A stretch of 64,000 nt of DNA, from the NCBI RefSeq assembly GCF_009914755.1, contig NC_060945.1, one strand, 5' to 3'. A program made the translations under genes and the position numbers. The DNA is from the human T2T-CHM13v2.0 reference genome, Homo sapiens. Shown here piece by piece: positions 17,263 through 37,079 of this stretch (the stretch's first letter is position 1; the number at the start of each line of letters is the position of its first letter). The notes below the pieces were generated by a model, which was not told the origin of the DNA, searched no databases, and was given only the letters and a program-made list of their open reading frames with translations.

Positions 17263-19099
17263 TCAAATTTAAAGTCCTCAAAATGACCAACGGTAAAATA
17301 AATAAATTATAGTACTCTTAACAACAGAATACTATATATCAATGAGAAAAATAAATGACTGGAAGGAACAATTTGGATTTATCTCACAAATATATACGTG
17401 AAAGATGACAGAAAACAGTACTTAGTAGCTCAATTATACGAAGTACAAAGCCAATTACGCAAAGTACAAACATAGGCAAGACTCATCTATGTTGTTACTA
17501 GATGATAGTGCATGTCTCTGGGGAGTTAGGAATAGTAACCAACAGGAGGTTTGAATGGAATGTCTGGGGCGCTATTATTTGTTTCCTGATGTGATTTTAG
17601 TATATAGGTTCTAATATTTGGGGTATTCCTAGAAATGTGTACCTATTATTCACTTGCTCTATATAGAGAGAGAGAGCTATATAGCTCTCTCTATATATAT
17701 AGCTATATATATAGCAAAGTGAATTTTATATATAATTCTTCAACATATTTTTAGAAAAATTAAGTTTTTTTAGAAAATTAAGAGAATTTTAGATAAAAAC
17801 TCAACTTTTAATGGAAAATATTTTCCTTTTTCTTTCTCACATGAAATCCTATATCAAGGTTAGTATCCTACCTGGCATCTCTCCAATACTGGGTTAAGAG
17901 TTTTTCTTCTCAAGTAACCTGTATTATATTAAGATGATATTAACTGAAATAATCAGATAGATGAATGCATCATAAAGCTAATTCTAAGATATCTGTCCTT
18001 AGCCAAAAGCAGAAAAGGGATACACATAACTCCCACATAAAACATCCACCCCCATTTTTTTGGTTATTCTTAAAAGCTCATAATGTATACAATGATAAAA
18101 TTTATTGTTTCAAATTAGGGTTTTTGAAATTGAAATATTAGTTTAAACATATTTGCTTAACACAACTTTAAAGTTAATAAGAAGACACTGCACATTACAG
18201 AAGAGTTAAATACTTCAAAAAGTGGGAAAAATTTTAAAAGCTTTCATTTGAGTAGGAGTAAACACAAACACACTAAGAATCTAGTTGGATACACTTAAAT
18301 CATGTCTTTTAAGAACATAAGAACAGATTATTTGCTTCCTCTTTAGTCCAAAACCTTGGTGTAATTTTAGTCCATATTCGAAACTAACAGAAGAATACTC
18401 AGCTTCTTAAAAGTTTTATTTCAAGAACAGTAAAAGAACTTCTGGTCTTATAAACATTATACAGATAAAACAAGTTTCTCCAAACAGATGTATGTAAAAA
18501 TCTAGTACATATACCCCCAAGTTAAGTTAATAAGGTGAACCAGATTCTGGTTGAATGGAATCCTTGAAATATAACTTTGGTGAACAAACTGTTTGTGTTT
18601 TCCACTTTTCTTAAAAAAGAAGTGATAAAGCAGATTTCCAGTACCTGCCAGCTGACAAAACGTTACTTACCAGGTAAAAACCACTACCAAAAATCAGAAT
18701 CACAGAAGGGCTATCAGTAAAATTATTAATGCCACAAATTAACATGATGTTAACAGCTGAATTATGCATCAAAAGAGTATTTATATAATCACAGCAAATA
18801 ACTCAAATCTTTTACATCACTAGTAAACTCAAAAAAGATAGCAAAAAGCAATAACATTAAATTTCATTATTGATCTACTAGCTTTAACTAATACTAGTAC
18901 ACTTAGTTTTGATTACTTTGAAATTGAAACAAAACAATAATCTTTTCTTCTTTTAATGACTTTTTCAGTTATAGGAAAGATGATATTAAAAGAAAATATA
19001 CAACTATAGCTTAGCTACAGGTATAAAATTGTTTTAAAGATATGTAATTGTGCTATTGAATTAAACTGAAAACATAAATATCAACTCATGATTTTGAAA

Positions 19100-20375
19100 A
19101 AAAAAAATCTTTTTTATGTTTGGTTTTGGTAAAAGGAGAGACAAATAAGTCAGAAGAACAGAAAATACAGAAATAGGCAAACTTTCCCATATTCAATTAG
19201 TTTTTGACCAAGGGGCCAAGATAATTCAAGAGAGCAATAAATAATCTTTTAGAATGATGCTGGAACTGCCAAATAATTCATATGGAAAACAAAGAAACAT
19301 GAATCTTATCTCGTATTCTCTTATCATGTGTAATTTAACCATAAATGGATTTTTTAAACCTACAAGTAACACTGTGGCAAGCAAAGATTTTTTAATAAAG
19401 CATAAAGAGCATAATTTTTTTAACTTCCAAAAAATTAACAAATGACGAATGTCATCAAAATGAAACCCTCTGCTGTTCAATAAACATTGCTAAATAAATG
19501 AAAACAAGTCACACATTAGGCAAAAATATTTATAAAATGCATCTCCAATAACTGACTTGTGTAAATAATATATAAAAAAAATCTTACAACTCAAGAAGAT
19601 GACAAGCAAATCAACTGGAAAAAAATGGTGGTAGAGACAAAATACTTTAACAGACATGTCACCAAAGATACACAAATGGCAAAAAAAGACATAAAAAGAG
19701 GCTCAATCTAATTAATCATCAGAGAATGCAAAATCAAACCCACAATAAATTGTCACTAAATGCCAACCAGATGGCTAAAATTTAGAAACAGTGGCAATAT
19801 CCTGTGCTGGCAACAATGTACAGCAAATGGAACTCTCAGATCTCTAGAAATGGAAAAGTATACAGACACTTTTTAAGAAACGGTGAAACTGTTTTCCAAA
19901 GTTAAGAATATTATTTCCAACAAGTCAGAAATTCCAGTCCTAGGTATTTACCCAAGAAACATGAAAAGATACATCTACAACAAAGCATGTTACATAAATG
20001 CTCACAGCAGCTTTATATACTGGCCAAAAATTGAACGATACTTAACTGTAAGCTAGTGAATGGACCACTCTCAAAACCATTATGCTAAGTAAAAAAAGGC
20101 AGACGGAAAAGATTCTATACTGTATGGTTCCATTCATATATTAGTCTAGAAAAGGCAAAACTATAGGAAAGCAACAGATCGGTGATTGCCAGGAGCTGGA
20201 GTGGGAGGTACGCAGTAACTTCAAAAGGTCATGAGCGAATTTATGGGTAAAGGGTCTATTCTGTATCTTGACTATGATGGTAATTACATGACTGTTCATA
20301 TTTACCAAATCACATTCAATACACACCTTAGAAAGGGTGAATCATAGTGTATGCAAAATATACCTTAACAAAACA
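19100..20375 (+). mobile_element. Old L1 (L1M) ORF2 3' end and 3' UTR
   Basis: A-rich; cctaggtatttacccaagaaa, ctcaaaaccattatgctaagt, tgtatggttccatt motifs. Confidence 0.8.
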
Positions 20376-20595
20376 ATGACTCTCACACATAAATTTATTT
20401 ATTTATTGGGTAACAGCATAGGGACTAATATCAGAATAACTTTCCTAAAATGTCTCAAATCTGAAGAAAATGTAAAAGCTAACTAATTGAAGTTACCTGT
20501 AAATAACCAAAAACTGGCTGGAATGGGAGGACATTTTACCCTTGGAAAAAAAGCGGAATATCATTGGCTAAAATCTATATTTAAATAGAGTTTCA

Positions 20596-24100
<3,505 letters not shown>

Positions 24101-24104
24101 AAGC

Positions 24105-25101
24105 TATGGTGGGTAATACTGTTGATGCATTTCCAAAACTGAAGGCAGCTGGCACCAAGCTGTATTAGAAGTTGTCACATTCTCAACTGGCACTACAACT
24201 ACAGTAAAAATAATGTAGAGTATCATTGAGAATATCACTGATGAAGCAGCAAAAATCTTTAATGTTTTAAGTCTTGATCCATGAATACACATCTTTTAAT
24301 TATCTATGTGACAAAATGAGAAATAAAGCATAAAATAATTGTTACACCATAGTTTTTCTTGAGGAAAGAATTTGTGATCATGTGATTTATAAACTGAAAT
24401 AACTGCTTTTTTCATGGAACACTGTTTTTACATGTAAGAACAACTAACAAACCACAATTATTAAAACTTGATTATCTGACATATTTCTTCAAAAATGAAT
24501 AAAGTGAGCCTGTCACTTCAAGGAAAACAACTTAGAACATGAGTGGACAAAAAGAAGATTTGAAAAACTTACAACCAACAATGTAAGCTTAACTAATTCC
24601 AGTACTTAAAGACTTTTCTGATGAGATCAGTCGATTATAACAAATGTGAATTTTGTTATTTATTAAAAATATGTAGGACTAGGTAAGGTGGCTCACACTT
24701 GTAACCCCAGCACTTTGGGATCACTGGAGGTCAGGAGTTCAAGACCAGCCTAGCCAACATAGTGAAACCCCATCTCTACTAAAAATACGAAAATTAGCTG
24801 GGCCTGACGGTGCATGCCTGTAGTCCCAGCTACTCAGGAGGCTGAGGCATGAGCATCACCTGAACCCAGGAGATGGAAGTGAGCTGAGATTGCACCACTG
24901 CATTCCAGCCTGGGCAACAGAGTGAGATTCTGTCTCAAACAAAACAAAACAAACAAACAAAAACAACCGTATCAATAGTTGGAATATCTGGATCACTCAG
25001 TGAACCAATATTTTCCAAAGACCACTTAGTAATCTAATAAAATCATATATGGGTAAAAGATCCCCTGAAATTGCAAGGTAGTCTAATAAATTTTATATAT
25101 A

Positions 25102-25144
<43 letters not shown>

Positions 25145-25600
25145 TTTGTCTGAGATGGAGTCTCACTCTGTCACCCACGCTGGAGTGCAGTGGCACAATC
25201 TCGGCTCACTGCAACCTCCACCTCCTGGATTCAAGCGATTCTCTGCCTTGGCCTCCCCTGTAGGTGGGATTGCAGGTGACTGCTATAATGCCTGGCTAAT
25301 TTTTGTATTTTTAGTAGAGACGGGGTTTCACAATCTTGGCCAGGCTGGTCTTGAGCTCCTGACCTCGTGATCCACCCGCTTCAGCCTCCCAAAGTGCTGG
25401 GATTACAGGCGTGAACCACTGCGCCCAGCCCATAAATTATAATTTTAAAGGGTAAAGATATAAAGTTCACTGATGGGATTGCAGTCTTCAGATTGCACCA
25501 AACCACTTGAAAAACTTGAGAAACTACCACTTCTCAAGCTTTGGTTTAGTATCAAACAGGAATATTCATTAGGGCTTGTGCTTTCATTCTTACGGTATCT
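24105..25600 (+). mobile_element. Charlie1-like hAT remnant with Alus (24678-24967 +, 25137-25430 -)
   Basis: gtgagcctgtcacttcaaggaaaacaact and cttaaagacttttctgatgagatc motifs. Confidence 0.6.
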
Positions 25601-25899
25601 TTTAATAAACAGAAGTTATTTCTCAAATGTAGTTGAATGCTCCAATATTTTCCTTTACATTCAGTGCTGTATCTCAAGAACTCTTTTACAAAAATATTAT
25701 CCTATATTATCTTTTTAAGTATAAATAAAAATAATTATCTTTTTAAAAGCTTATGAGTTTAGGTGGAAATATGAAGGGCCAAAAGGAATTGGAAGATATT
25801 TTCCTACTATTTGTTCTTTCTCTTGATTTTCATGATTCATTATTCTTGTAGAAGTGACCTTACCACAGTATAAGGTTCACTTATAATCACTGTTCTGCC

Positions 25900-27100
25900 T
25901 TGTAATTTTAGGTGAATTTGTTACAAAATATTATGAAATCTATAGGAAAAGCCAACTTTCAAAGCTATTAAGCATTTGACTTAACAGTTGAGGGCAATAT
26001 TATTCAGAAAAATTTCAATCTCATTCCTCAGCGCAAAAAACTGAAATAAAACTTTACCACTGCCAAGTCATTAAATTGCTCTGTAGAATGGCAATTCAGT
26101 ATATTCTGCCTCTATATCTAACAAAAATTCATAGGATTTGATGATGAAGTCCACAAATGCAAGTCAAAATCACTGCTGACACTATTATATAATAGTTCAC
26201 TAAAACATGACAGATTTAAATATTTTCTGCAAAGTACCTGCTAATAAATAATACAATAAATAATCAGGCTTTAAACACCTGACATTTAACAAGCTTTGTA
26301 AATTTGTCCAACTCAAGTCTTTCTGCTCCACAGTTATTTTTGCCACTATCATCTGTAATGCATCTTAGCGGATTCCACTTCAGGTTGTACTAAGTTAGTG
26401 TTTGCTCAACTTTTCTGAAAATATTTTCTCTTGTAGTTGTTTCACATAGACTATGCATAAATACTAATTCTTCAATCACTTCAAACTCAGCACTGACTTC
26501 TGGAATATGTAACAACTGAACAGTACTGGTAACACCTATTCATCCATCAAAAGCCTAAGAAAACCATGAAAAATCATTCACCCTTCTTTCCAAAATGACT
26601 TGATATTACTCCCAATGTCCTTAACTTTTAGAGCAATTACTCTCACTGAAAGGCTAATAGTCTTTTTTAAAGTTTATTTTCTACGGACACATCTTTGGTT
26701 ACCATAATAAAACATAATTTAATTAACTACTGTTGGTAATGGTTTTCCTTGCTTGGCTAACAAGCCATTGAAAAACTTACTTTAATTATAGCCTAATTTC
26801 CATTTTTTGTTTTTGAGAAGAAATTCTGCTGTGATAAAATTTTGTTTTAATTTACTATTTTTTTTCTGACCTTTAGTTTTATTCCTGTTGGTTGGGAATA
26901 TTGTGAGAAGTGCCCAGTCTGGCAATGTTGACATATATTATATTCTTTTAGCACAGCCATAGTCTTCTAGTATAACAAATATAATGCTTTGCTATCTAAT
27001 TTGTTAATAATATACATTCCACTATGCCTCTAAAGTGTTACATATAAAGTCCACTTTTCTCCTTTTCTTGTTTTAACATGATAGGTAGGTATGCACTGGT
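25900..27100 (-). mobile_element. Decayed Charlie/hAT transposase fossil
   Basis: Minus strand reads KRRKVDF...W...KAL.LL..KTMAVLKE with stops and shifts, resembling the GTF2IRD2-type Charlie N-terminus. Confidence 0.55.
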
Positions 27101-27289
27101 AATGAGAGAAATAAATAAGATGCCAGGGCAATATGTGTGGTGCACACACACACACACACACATACTGACAAACAGTAACTATGTCATTGTGATTCGCAGC
27201 ATGCAGAGCAGCAATTTGAAATATATGTGCTCTCTGCAGCAACCAACTCTGACACTGTAGTGCAACAGAAGTAATATATAATGCCCAAA

Positions 27290-28001
27290 CAATTCAGGGA
27301 AAGGAAAAGTCACATGCCTCTCACTTTAACTGAAAAGCTACAAAGGATTAATCTTAGTGGGGAAGGAATATCAAAAAGTGAGAAAGGCCTAAAACTAGGC
27401 CTCTTGTACCACTCAGCCAATTATGAATGTAAACGAAAAATTCTTGAATAAAATTAAAAGCACTATGTCAGTGAACATGAAACAATCTTATTGCTAATAT
27501 GAAGAAAGTTTTAGTGGTCCATATGGAAGATCAAACCAGCCACAACATTCCCTTAAGCAAAAAGCCTAATCCACAGCAAGGCTCTAAACTTTTTCAGTTC
27601 TATGAAGGCTGAGAGAGGTGAGAAAACTGCAGAAGAAAAACTGGAAGCAAGTAGAGGTTGGCTCATGAGGAAAAATGCTCTTGTCATAACATAAAAGTGG
27701 AAAATGAAGCAGCAAGTGCTGACATGGAAGCTGTAGCAAGTTATCCAGAATATCTATCTAAGATCATTGCTGGAGGTGGCTATACTAAACAAGGTGTTTT
27801 ATGTAGACAAAAGAGCCTTCCATTAGAAGAAGATGCCATCTAGGACTTTCACAGCTAGAGAGGGAAAATCAATGCCTTGCTTCAAAGATCAGGCTGGGGC
27901 CACACCTGTTATTCCAGCACTTTGAGAGGCCAAGGTGAGAGAATCACTTGAGCCCAGGAGTTCAAGGCCAGCCTGGACAACAAGGCGTCTCTTGTCTCTT
28001 T

Positions 28002-28050
<49 letters not shown>

Positions 28051-29653
28051 AAACTGACTCTCTTGTTAGGGGCTAATGCAGCTGGTAACTTGACGTTGAA
28101 GCTAATGCTCATTTGCCACTCAAAAAGTCCTAGAGCTCTTAAGAATTATGCTATATCTAATCTGCTTGCTGTCTACATATGGAACTACAGTCTCCTGGAT
28201 GACAGCACATCTGTTTAGAGGTTGGCTTACTGAATGTTTTCAGTCCACTGTCAAGACCTACTGCTAAGGAAAAAACATTCATTTCAAAATATTAGCACTC
28301 ACTAACAATGGACCAGGTCATTCAAGGGCTTTGATGGATATGTTCAGAAAGAAGAATGTTACTTTCATGCCTGCAGGTACAATACAACATCTATCCTGCA
28401 GCCCATGCATCAATGAGTAATTTCAATTTTTAAGTCTTACTGTTTAAGAAATACATTTCGGCCAGGCATGGTGGCTAATGCCTGTAATCCCAGCACTCTG
28501 GGATGCCAAGGCAGGAGGATCACTTGAAGCTGGGAGTTCGAGAACACCCTGGCCAACATGGCAAAACCCCATCTCTACTAAAAATACAAAAATTAGCCAG
28601 GCGTGGTGGCACACACCTGTAGTCCCAGATACTCGGGGGGCTGAGTCAGGAGAATCTCTTGAACCGGGAGGCAGAGGTTGCAGTAAACCAAGATCACACC
28701 ACTGCACTCCAGCCAGGCCGACAAAGAAAGACTCTGTCTCAAAAAAAAAAAAAGTGATTCCTGTAGTAGATTTGGGCAAAATAAACTGAAAACCTTCTGG
28801 AAAGTCTTCACCACCGTAGATGTCATTAAGAGCATTCATAATTCATGAGAGGAAGTCAAAATATCAACATGAACAGGTGTTTGGAAGAAGTTGATTCCAA
28901 CTCTCATGGATGACTTTGAGAGGTTCAAGACTCAAGTGGAGGAAGTTACTGCAGATGTAGTGGAAACAGCAAGAGAATTAGAAGTGGAGCCTGAAGATGT
29001 GACTGAATTGCTGCAATCTCATGATAAAACTTGCACAGATTAGGAGTTGTTCCTTACAGATGACCCAAGAAAGTGGTTTCTTAAAGATGGAAACTACTCC
29101 TGGTGAAAAGGCTGTGAAATTATTGAATGACAACAAAGGATTTAGAATACTATATAACCTTAGTTGTTAAAGCAGTGGCAGGGTTTGAGCTGACTCCAAT
29201 TTTGAAAAAAAGTTCTACTTTTGGGTAAAAAATGCTATCAAACAGCATCAAGTGCTACAGAGAAATCTTTCATGAAAGAAAGAGGCAATCAATGTAGCAA
29301 ACTTCATTGTTGTCTTATTGTAAGAAACTGCCAGAGGCACCCCAACCTTCAGCAATCACTGCTGGGATCAGTCGGCAGCCACCAACATCCTCTATCAGCA
29401 AAAAATCTTACAATTTACTGAAAGCTCAGATGATCAGTAGCATTTTTTAGCAATAAAGTATTTTTAAATTAAAGTATGCACATTGGTTTTTTAAATATAA
29501 CACTATTGAACATTTAATAGACTGCAGTAGAATATAAACATAATATTTACATGCACTGGTAAACCAAAATATTTGTGTGCCTTGCTTTATGGTGATATTC
29601 ACTTTATTGTGGTAGTCTATAATGGAACCTACAGTATCTCCAAGGTATGCCTG
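27290..29653 (+). mobile_element. Tigger1 DNA transposon (5'-truncated) with Alu insertions at 27893-28030 and 28459-28753
   Basis: gaagatcaaaccagccacaacattcccttaagc, tggaagaagttgattccaac, and terminal tatctccaaggtatgcctg. Confidence 0.92.
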
Positions 29654-30253
29654 TATTTACTTTGGTACCAATTCTAGATATACATCTGCATATACCTGGG
29701 TATTTAACTTCCTGGTCTCATGTTCCTTAAATAGTTAATAAGAAAGAGTAATTATGAACCATGCAGACCAATTAACAAGCCTAACTTCCAATATTTTCTT
29801 CACTCTGAAATAAATATTTCCAACAGTGTATTATGTCAGAAGTTCTCAGTTTTGGGGGTGCTGTATCTTAATTTTTCTGTACTCTATTTTCAACTTCACT
29901 GACATAATACAAGCTCTATCTTCCTTACAAATTTATAAGGAATCAAATGAAATGAAATATATAAAAGTTGTCCTCTTTCTCCCATCTTCAAAAAACTTCC
30001 CCCTGCACTTCATTTCCTGTTAGCCCTCTCTCCTTCAACAGCCTGGTCTGTAGAAAGAGTCCATACATGGCCTCCCTCCACTGCCTCATCTTCCATTCAC
30101 TCCTTGTTCCAAGGTCCTCCCAACACCACTGAAACTTTTTTCAATGCCCTTTTTTTAATTTTTTTTAAAGCAAATTCTGCCCCCAACTTTTCATTCTTTC
30201 AGTTGAACCACTTTTTCCAAAACACTGTGCAGATGTAAAAAATATGTAGTTAA

Positions 30254-32060
<1,807 letters not shown>

Positions 32061-32579
32061 AAAGGATAGGTAGGATTTACAGACTGGAAAATGGGAAAAA
32101 GATGAGAGTGGAAAAAGGAAGGAGGGGTAGCAAGAATGGCAGGCAGGTAGACAGAAAGGTAAAATTCAGCCATGTTCAAAAGGGAACAAATAAAAGCATT
32201 GAAAGGTAAGACAGACCTAGTATATTTATGACTTGAATCCCAAGCTAAGAAACTGGAACATAATTTAACAGAAAGACTTCAAAAGTTTTACAGCAAAATG
32301 TATTAGAATCATTTATATACTGGGAAAAAATAGCCTCCTCATTTTAATAATCCAGATTAGGAAATCAGATCTAAAACAGATGTTCAATGGACATCCCATT
32401 TCTTTTGTAAAAGCAACTTGAAAGGTCAGACATCAAGTTTTGTTCTGTTTTTAATTCACAATGAAAATCTGACTACTCATTTATTCAACAAATATTTGAG
32501 TACCAGCTATGTGCTAGGCACTGTTCTAAACACGCCAATAACATTTATTTAGTGGTACTGATTCTGTACTCTAGAACTA

Positions 32580-32817
32580 TAGCTCTTAACTGGGGAGAGG
32601 GAGCAATTTTTGCTGCCCAAGGGACATCTGGCAATGTCTAAAGACATTTTTGGTTGTCACGGGGGCAGGGAGGAGGGGAGGGGCGCGGGTGTGCTACTAT
32701 ATCTAGTGGGTGGAGGCCAGAAATGCTGCTTAACATCCTACACACAGGACATACTGCCCGTGACAAGGAATTAGTTAGCCCAAAATGTCAATAGTGCCAA
32801 AGTTGAATAAACCTGTT
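32580..32817. mobile_element. MER20
   Basis: gggacatctggcaatgtctaaagacatttttggttgtcac...ccaaaatgtcaatagtgccaa. Confidence 0.85.
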
Positions 32818-35519
32818 CAAGAGCAACACATTTCTATTCCCTCTTCCATAGTAACTGTTAATAAACATTAGTTCCATTTTCTACTATTTCTGTTCTACAA
32901 TAGAGGCTTTAAAATATCTTAAGAAATATAACACCATTTTAATAATTTGGCAAGTAGAAGTAATGATACCATGAATCCTGAGATTTCACTTTCAAAAATG
33001 TATAAGCTACATTTATTTTACAATATAACTTTTAGGAACAAAATTGTCTTCTCCTTCTGACACTGTTCTCAAAAACTGTGCTAAAAGCTTTGAGTGATGT
33101 TTGATTACTCCTTTTATTTTGGGGTCCTTATAGCTATTAATTACCACATTCTGCCAGTTCTTTCCATGTGAATGCCTCACATTTCAATGGATCTTTTTCT
33201 ATTACCAATGTATTATCTGAAACATTTTACTAACTGGTTTTTCTGAAGCTCAATGTCCATGTCTCCTTCCCTCCCAAGCTATCCCTACCCATTAATACTG
33301 TACTTTTCACCTGCTCAAAAGTCCATATGGTTGCCTGTAACATACCAAATAAGAACCTAATTCCTAAAGCTTGACATTCAAATCCTTTTTTCAACTAGCT
33401 ACAATCCACTTTTCCAACTCTTTTTTCCACTGCTCTCCCTCAGGAGTAGCCTTTTTTAGCAAAATGACTTATTCTGAGATACACAAACAACCTTTCCAGA
33501 TCAGAGACATCAAAAGACATTCAGGCTTCACTGAGACAAAAGGTATGCATTCAACTCAGAATAACAGTAAGGAATCAACTTATAGGGAAACCAGATCTAG
33601 CCATGTTCTTTAAATATGAGAGATAACCCCGTTGGCTCATGCCACTGTCCTTATTTATAACAGCCACTATTTGCCTTTCTACTTCTCTGAACTCATTATC
33701 CTTCAAATCTACAATCTTTTCAAAAACCCAAACACAGAGTCACCTCAGTCACCACTACCTGCCCTTCTCCTACCCCACCCAATGCCTGTGACTTTCAGGT
33801 CATTTATTTTGCAATAAACTTGTTATCTCAATTTTACTGGTTCTCTTTTAGATTCAGACAGCTGAGATTATGATAGATTCATTAGCAAGCTGAATGGGGA
33901 AGAAAAGGATATTTACATTCCCAGGCCAATTTTCAATGCTTTTTGGAAGATTCTGTTAAATTCACAATTTCCAGAACTGGCAAGGAATAGGTAAATATAT
34001 ACACTCATATATTACTGGTAAGAGTATAAATTGGTATAATTATCCTACAGTGATATCTGCCAACATTGAAAGTCTTTAAAATCTGTATACCCTTTGGCCT
34101 AGGAATTCAACTTGAAAATTTATCATGAGTAAATTATAAAATGTACAAAGGTTTAACTATAAATACACTCATCTCTGCATTGTTTCTAACTCTCAAAGAT
34201 TGAGGGGGAGGGGAAAATCCTTTGTCCAATAAAAAAAGACTATTCCATGAATCATTTATTTAAGTAATGTAATACTCTGCAACTACTAAAATCCTATAGT
34301 ATCATGGTTATTGACATGTAACTCTTTTAATGGCTTTCTTTCCTAAGCTAAAAAAAATACAAACATGATTCCACATAATGTATTTCAAATATTTGTATAC
34401 ATTTTTCTACTTTTCTATATTTTCTACACATCTATATATAATTTATGTGTGTGTGTTTGTGTGTGTGTATGCATGCATGTAAATAAAATATACCTCTAAG
34501 TCTTTGTAACCTTAAGACGGTGGGGCAAAATATTTTTATTTTCTGTTGTTGATTATTTAAAATTTAGCTATATTAAATGTTTTCTGATTTAGTAAACATA
34601 CATAAGGCCTATTTATAGTTGAATGGCAGTCTTACAAAACCTAAGCAACCTTGGTTTACTCTATCTGTGGGAAAAACATTTTTAGTAGAATGCTTGCGCA
34701 TCTTCCTACATTCCTGTAATCAAACAGTATTTATCATCAACTATGTTGGTGACTCTCACTTTGACATAGGCTGAACCAGAAATCCTAGGAAAAACTGATG
34801 ACAGAAAGCTAAGGGGAAGGATAGGAAGCCGGGAAACCCTGGGAAAGGAGGGATTATATTACACATGTTATGGGAACTAGTTTGTATGTGCGGGGCACAG
34901 AGCATACACTTAGATAAGAAGGGGGTCATAAACCAGAAAGGCAATAAATAGAACGTTATGAGCATGAACTCTAGATGCAAACTGTTCAGGTTCAATCCCA
35001 CCTCTGCTTCTTACTACATTTATTACCTTAAGCAAGTCACTTAACTTCTCCCTGCCGTTTCTGCCACATCTGTATAATGGGGATAACAGACCCTACCTTA
35101 GAGGGTTGTCACACTAATGAATTCTGAGAATAGTCCCTGGTACTACAGTTAAGTGCTCATTAGTTGTCCACACTCATCATCGTCATTACTCCCATTACTA
35201 TGAAGTGAAGAGTTGTGCTGCTAGGACGGGAGCAGCAACTTTTCAACACCAATCGCTTTTTTAGATGGCCTCCTTTCTAGCCTTGTTAGTTGCCCAAATT
35301 CTGAAAAAAAACAAGAACTAAGACTCTAGAAGGAGATCTGAGAGGCAGACGTGTGTCTCTGTGTGTGTTTGTGTGTGTGTGTAGGTGCGTGTGCATGTAG
35401 ACGAAGGAGGAATCAGGAGTAATGCCAAGAATGAGAATCAAATCTGTATAAGCAGTTCAGAAAAGGGGCATCATGAGTCGCTGTTCTCAGTGCTGCCCCA
35501 AGGGTTCCACAGTTTGCTC

Positions 35520-35865
35520 CTTCCATCATTCACTTGGATAAAACCTTTCAATGTCTCTCCATGGAATTCAGAGTTAAATCAAAACTATTCCTTGTAATGA
35601 CTTAAAACCCATACTACCTCTAAAGCCTCATCTCTTGACTCTCTCGCACCAAGCTCACTGAGCTTCCAGCCCTACCAAATTTCTTAATTAACAAACTCTC
35701 ACATCTCAGAGCCTTTGCACATGCTGCTCCCTCTGCCTGAAAAGTAACCTCTACCTCCTCCAATAGCAAACTGCTACTCAACCTTCAAAACACAGCTCAA
35801 GGATAACTCCAGAGGTCTTTCCTGATTTCAAGCTTAATGCCTCTGCTGTATTATCCCCTATGTGC
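35520..35865 (+). mobile_element. L2 3' fragment directly abutting the ACC tract
   Basis: gcctttgcacatgctgctccctctgcctg...tactca.ccttca...cagctca. Confidence 0.7.
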
Positions 35866-35867
35866 AT

Positions 35868-37079
35868 AACACCACCACTACCACCACCACCACCACCACC
35901 ACCATCACCACTAAAACCACGACCACCACCACCACCACCATCACCACTACCACCACCACCACCACCACTACCACAACCACCACCACCACTACCACCACCA
36001 CCACCACCATCACCACTAAAACCATGACCACCACCACCACCACCATCACCACTACCACCATCACCACTACCACCACCACCACCACCACCATCACCACCAC
36101 CACCATCACCACTACCACCATCACCACTACCACCATCACCACCACCACCATCACCACTACCACCATCACCACCACCACCATCACCACCACCACCATCACC
36201 ACCACCACCATCACCACCACCACCATCACCACCACCACCATCACCACTACCACCACCACCACCAGCATCACCACCACTACCACCACCACCACCACCACCA
36301 CCATCACCACTAAAACCACGACCACCACCACCACCACCATCATCACCATCACCACTACCACTACCACCACCACCACCACCATCACCACTACCACCACCAC
36401 CACTACCACCATCACCAGCACCACCACCATCACCACCACCACCAGTACCACTACCACCACTACCATCACCACCATCACCACCACCACCATCACCATCACC
36501 ACCATCACCACCACCACCACCATCACCACCACCACCATCACCACCACCACCATCACCACCACCACCATCACCACTACCACCACCACCACCAGCATCACCA
36601 CCACTACCACCACCACCACCACCACCACCATCACCACTAAAACCACGACCACCACCACCACCACCATCATCACCATCACCACTACCACTACCACCACCAC
36701 CACCACCATCACCACTACCACCACCACCACTACCACCATCACCAGCACCACCATCACCACCACCACCAGTACCACTACCACCACTACCATCACCACCATC
36801 ACCACCACCACCATCACCATCACCACCATCACCACCACCACCACCATCACCACTACCATCACCACCATCACCACCACCACCATCACCATCACCACCACCA
36901 CCACCATCACCACCACCACCATCACCACCATCACCACCACCACCACCATCACCACTACCACCACCACCACCACCATCACCACCACCACTATCACCACCAC
37001 CACCATCACCACCACCACCACCAGCATCACCACCACTACCACTACCACCACCATCACCACCATCACCACCACCACCACA
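35868..37079. repeat. ~1.2-kb interrupted trinucleotide tract (ACC/ATC/ACT)n = (GGT)n on the BAGE sense strand
   Basis: Directly visible; triplet register is kept throughout and there is an internal ~327-bp duplication. Confidence 0.98.
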
